From Lophium mytilinum (Eukaryota), in contig MU004188.1 in the NCBI GenBank assembly GCA_010093605.1, positions 24,182 through 62,752 on the forward strand: DNA of 38,571 nt, read 5' to 3'. The notes beneath the pieces were generated by a model that ran no database searches, was not told the DNA's origin, and saw only the letters and a list, made by a program, of their open reading frames with translations. Below are positions 37,294 to 38,571 of this stretch, piece after piece (positions within the stretch are counted from its first letter, which is position 1; every line of letters begins with the position of its first letter). Made by a program: the position numbers and the translations under genes.

Positions 37294-38571
37294 TAGAAAG
37301 AGTTAAGATATATAGTAAGTATACTAGACTTCTAATACTAATTAGATTATACTTACTATATATAGAGTATTTACTAATAGATTATTATGCCTATATATAT
37401 TAGCTTTATATAAACTATAGAGCTTATAATACTTACCTATTAGGGTTTATCTTATCTATAACTTTATCTATAATCTTACTATTACCTTTACTATTTAAGG
37501 CTGTATTATCTACTCTACTGCCTTAATTCTCTAGCATAACTTTATTAAGTAAACCCGGTAATTTATCTATAGTATCTTACTATTCTTATATATATATACC
37601 TTCTCTACCCTCTTTAACTCTATTATTTAATACCTTATCTACATCTATACCTACTTCTACCTTATTCTTAAATTAGGTAAATTTCTCTTCTATAACCTTA
37701 GTTACTAGTATTAGATAGAGAGATAATAAGGCAGCGTACTACTCTATCTAAACCTAACTATTATTATGCGCTAGTTATATAAATTAACTTATATTAGCTA
37801 GCATTTTCTTCTTATCTATTTATTCTATAGCGTTTATTCTAGAGAGCACTTCTATAGCCTTATTTTATTACGCTAAGAATAATTCCGCTATAATCTTTTT
37901 ATTAGTTATTTACGCAAGTATATAGAGTAGTAATATAGTAATAAGGGCTAGTATTTAGTATTATATTATTAGTTCTAGTTATATAGAAGTAGAAGCCGCT
38001 ATAGTTTATTAAGCGCGTAAACTTACGCGTAGTATTATAGCTATCTATAGAGTATTCTAGAGGGTAAGAATAGTATATATACCTATATATATATATAGTA
38101 TAGCTATAGGTTTAAGAAATACTTTATAGAGATAGTATATAGCGGGTAGAATCTAGCCTAGAGCTCTATTATTATTATTTACAGCTTACTAAGGTATCTC
38201 TACGCTAGAAAGTAGTAATAGAGAGGGTAACACCTCTCTAGTATCTAAAGGCGGTAGTAACACAGGTATATAAGGAGATAACGCAGAAGATATAGATAAT
38301 AGTAACTCTAATACTGCCTCTTCTACTTCTTTATCTACTTAGGCTACTTCTTTATTTACTTTACTTTCTTTAGCTACTTTTTCTTCTTCTTTAACTACTA
38401 CTTTCTTAATAGTCTATATAATAGTATACTTACTACTATTACTTTAATCTTACTCTATAGCTTCTATTAATTCTATATTACTTTAAATTTTAGGTATATA
38501 TTAGGCCGCTCTTAACTTACTAGAGTATATACTACTACTAGTAGACTACTAGGTATAAGAAAGTTATATTA
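37294..38571 (-). repeat. Second, uninterrupted copy of the host element segment
   Basis: 37348-37504 matches 1-157 and 37505-38571 matches 8200-9266, with equal lengths and mostly transition differences. Confidence 0.95.

Larger units (their letters stand above)
1..38571. other. RIP-mutated, AT-rich repeat block (fungal heterochromatin)
   Basis: Very few CA/TG dinucleotides and abundant TA. Paired copies differ by transitions (LTR start TGTAACGGAT at 34331 vs TATAATAGAT at 25985). Conserved Trp/Gln codons appear as TAG/TAA and Asp/Glu as Asn/Lys. Confidence 0.97.

Noticed and set aside
1..38571. Alternative genetic code with TAA/TAG read-through, or an organellar/AT-rich bacterial origin
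   Set aside because: Stops map to Gln/Trp positions through transitions, differ between copies, and accompany D>N, E>K and G>S/R changes, all as expected from RIP.

Overview
AT-rich fungal (ascomycete-type) heterochromatic block made entirely of repeats destroyed by Repeat-Induced Point mutation (RIP): CpA/TpG are nearly absent, TpA is in excess, and copies differ almost only by C>T/G>A. There is no intact gene; the single supplied ORF is spurious. Structure read by eye: (1) a large, repeated, minus-strand, intron-containing host element (1-157, 8195-18761, 35350-35573; second copy 37294-38571) carrying a SNF2-family helicase relic and unidentified ORFs; (2) two copies of one Ty3/Gypsy chromovirus inserted into it in opposite orientations (A 158-8194 minus; B 18762-35349 plus), each with LTRs and a 5-bp TSD; (3) a different chromovirus (C 25985-34535) nested in the chromodomain of B; (4) a Tad1-like LINE ORF1 relic before an assembly gap. 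The most unusual signal is about 11 copies of a palindrome (TAGTAGAAAG-N-CTTTCTACTA, often next to GGGCCCTTT) confined to the host element, most of them inside putative spliceosomal introns. Protein calls rest on manual translation with RIP reversal; no database searches were run, and gene boundaries are approximate.
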